Part shown: in pieces, positions 62,811-64,000 of the stretch | How positions within the stretch are numbered: position 1 is the first letter of the stretch | Layout: each line of letters opens with the position of its first letter | Notes under the pieces: generated by a model | Database searches by the model: none | Told to the model about the DNA's origin: nothing | What the model saw: the letters and a program-made list of their open reading frames with translations, nothing else | DNA from: Setoptus koraiensis | Lineage: Eukaryota; Animalia; Arthropoda | DNA length: 64,000 bases | NCBI GenBank assembly: GCA_048013815.1 | Contig: CM106585.1 | Span: 18,600,001 to 18,664,000, forward strand | Direction: 5' to 3' | Made by a program: the position numbers and the translations under genes

Positions 62811-63184
62811 ACTTATGAGAGGATCTTTCTCACAAGAGGGTATAACAGATTTCCTTAAAGACCTTTCCTATGGTCATGGCAAGAGTGCTCCCTTTAAGGG
62901 TGCCAAACTTCCCAAGATTGTCAAGTCTGAGGAATGGGACGGGAAGGATCTTGTGGTAAGTTGATCGTGTCGGCATTTTATACCATTTTATACTCTTTCC
63001 TACTCATTACTCGACTGAACTGTTTATTCTTGTCTTCTCTTTGATCTCGTCCCATTGAATAGTTGCCCACTCTAGACGATGAACTTTAGAAGTGGGAGGT
63101 ATTATTGCCTTTCAATTCCCTAACACACACTTTTTTATATTGTATTAATAAAAAGAATGAGAAGACATCTCATCGAGAACAATT
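62811..63184 (+). pseudogene. Direct repeat copy 2: 5'-truncated duplicate of the PDIA6 3' end
   Basis: Near-identical to 61289-61662 and keeps the intron. In-frame TAG at 62779-62781 upstream; no 5' PDIA6 sequence. Confidence 0.8.
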
Positions 63185-63267
63185 AATTGGTATTATATTT
63201 TTATTTTATTGTGATTATGTTGTTTTGCGATGATACCCATCACAGACTACCACGTTATTTCATTTGT

Positions 63268-63987
63268 TTATTTTCCTTTCTTCGCTTTGATTTTACGATG
63301 GTAGAATTCCAGCTCTTTTCCTTCAAGGATGTAGCCGTCGGCACGACCGACTTGACCTGGTCTAGATGCTATACAGGCTGTTTAAGAATAGCGAGTAGAC
63401 AGATGTGGGTTAGTAAAGGGTCAATACATCAAGAGACATTGCTGACTATTATCATTTGAAGTATCTTCAGGGTAACTATGAAATCATCACTAGCGTAGCT
63501 GCTTAAGTGAGAGAGTATGTTTTCATCATCAGATTTTTTTCTGTTCCCCATTTAACGAAGCAGGGAGACTTACCAAGTAGCTTTCCAGAGCTGAATTGCT
63601 CTTCGAGAAGTGTCTCGATTGAGGCAGTCTTCTGCCTTTTGTTGAACTTCCTCATCAAACTTTTGCTTCCTTTCTTTTCTATCTTGGCCTTGGTAGCTGC
63701 GGCCTATGCACATTTGGGGGAAATGGTATGAGGAGAAATTAGCTTTTTACGTCTTGAAGAATTCAATATAATCGCATATTATAGTAGTGCCTCAGAAGAG
63801 TATACAATTTGTCATCAGAACAGCTCAGCCGAAAGATGGTGAATTTGTATCTTATTCATCATTGAATGAGCAGGTTCAAATCAATGAGGCAATGTTGGAG
63901 TTCAACTTACCTGACGAGCATTCTTGCGTTTACCAAGAGGAAGGGCATAATGAGACTCGTACCATAGACGGAATGGTGCTGAGTCAA
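63268..63987 (-). CDS. RPS8: 40S ribosomal protein S8, last three exons (63987-63911, 63703-63574, 63377-63268); 5' part outside the window
   Basis: [69 protein letters not shown]. Confidence 0.97.
63463..63534 (-). ncRNA. Intronic box C/D snoRNA, SNORD46/snR63-like (guides 2'-O-methylation of an A in 28S helix 69)
   Basis: ATCT/AGAT terminal stem, C box ATGATGA, C' GTGATGA and D box CTGA. The guide TCATAGTTAC is complementary to conserved LSU GUAACUAUGA. Confidence 0.85.
63790..63865 (-). ncRNA. Intronic box C/D snoRNA, SNORD32/SNORD51/snR39-like (guides an A in LSU CCCGAAAGAUGGUGAA)
   Basis: C box ATGATGA (63862-63856), 15-nt guide TTCACCATCTTTCGG followed by D' CTGA, C' CTGATGA and D box CTGA (63795-63792). 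Flanking TGCCTCA/TGAGGCA stem. Confidence 0.85.
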
Positions 63988-64000
63988 CTAAAACTATACA

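Noticed and set aside
1-64000. CRISPR arrays, rRNA, spliceosomal snRNAs, transposase or RT genes, telomerase RNA
   Set aside because: No repeat-spacer structure, no recognisable conserved sequence and no TE protein motifs were seen. A divergent telomerase RNA cannot be identified by eye.

Overview
Eukaryotic (animal) genomic DNA. The compact, intron-poor, microsatellite- and polyQ-rich style suggests an arthropod, most like a miniaturised acariform mite (inference from style only). There are two gene-dense blocks. The first (1-14 kb) holds class IIa HDAC4, HAPSTR1, tRNA-Gln(CTG), a POT1-like gene, ISCA1 and GATAD2/p66. The second (44.7-64 kb) holds a GDAP2-like macro protein, UBC9, USE1, TIM23, GH38 alpha-mannosidase, HADHA, a PDIA6-like gene, PIMT and the 3' part of RPS8 with two intronic box C/D snoRNAs. 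Between them lie a ~21 kb repeat- and palindrome-rich region with one small secreted acidic orphan ORF, then TENT5/FAM46. The strongest leads are: (1) an intronless POT1-like protein built from two tandem OB1-OB2 modules with no C-terminal TPP1-binding region; (2) PIMT enclosed by ~374-bp direct repeats of the PDIA6 3' end; (3) a one-thioredoxin PDIA6 with a CPHC active site; (4) the orphan secreted peptide. Family calls come from motifs recognised from memory, not from database searches. Exon boundaries were placed by hand from GT-AG sites and reading-frame continuity. No CRISPR, rRNA or intact transposon was seen.
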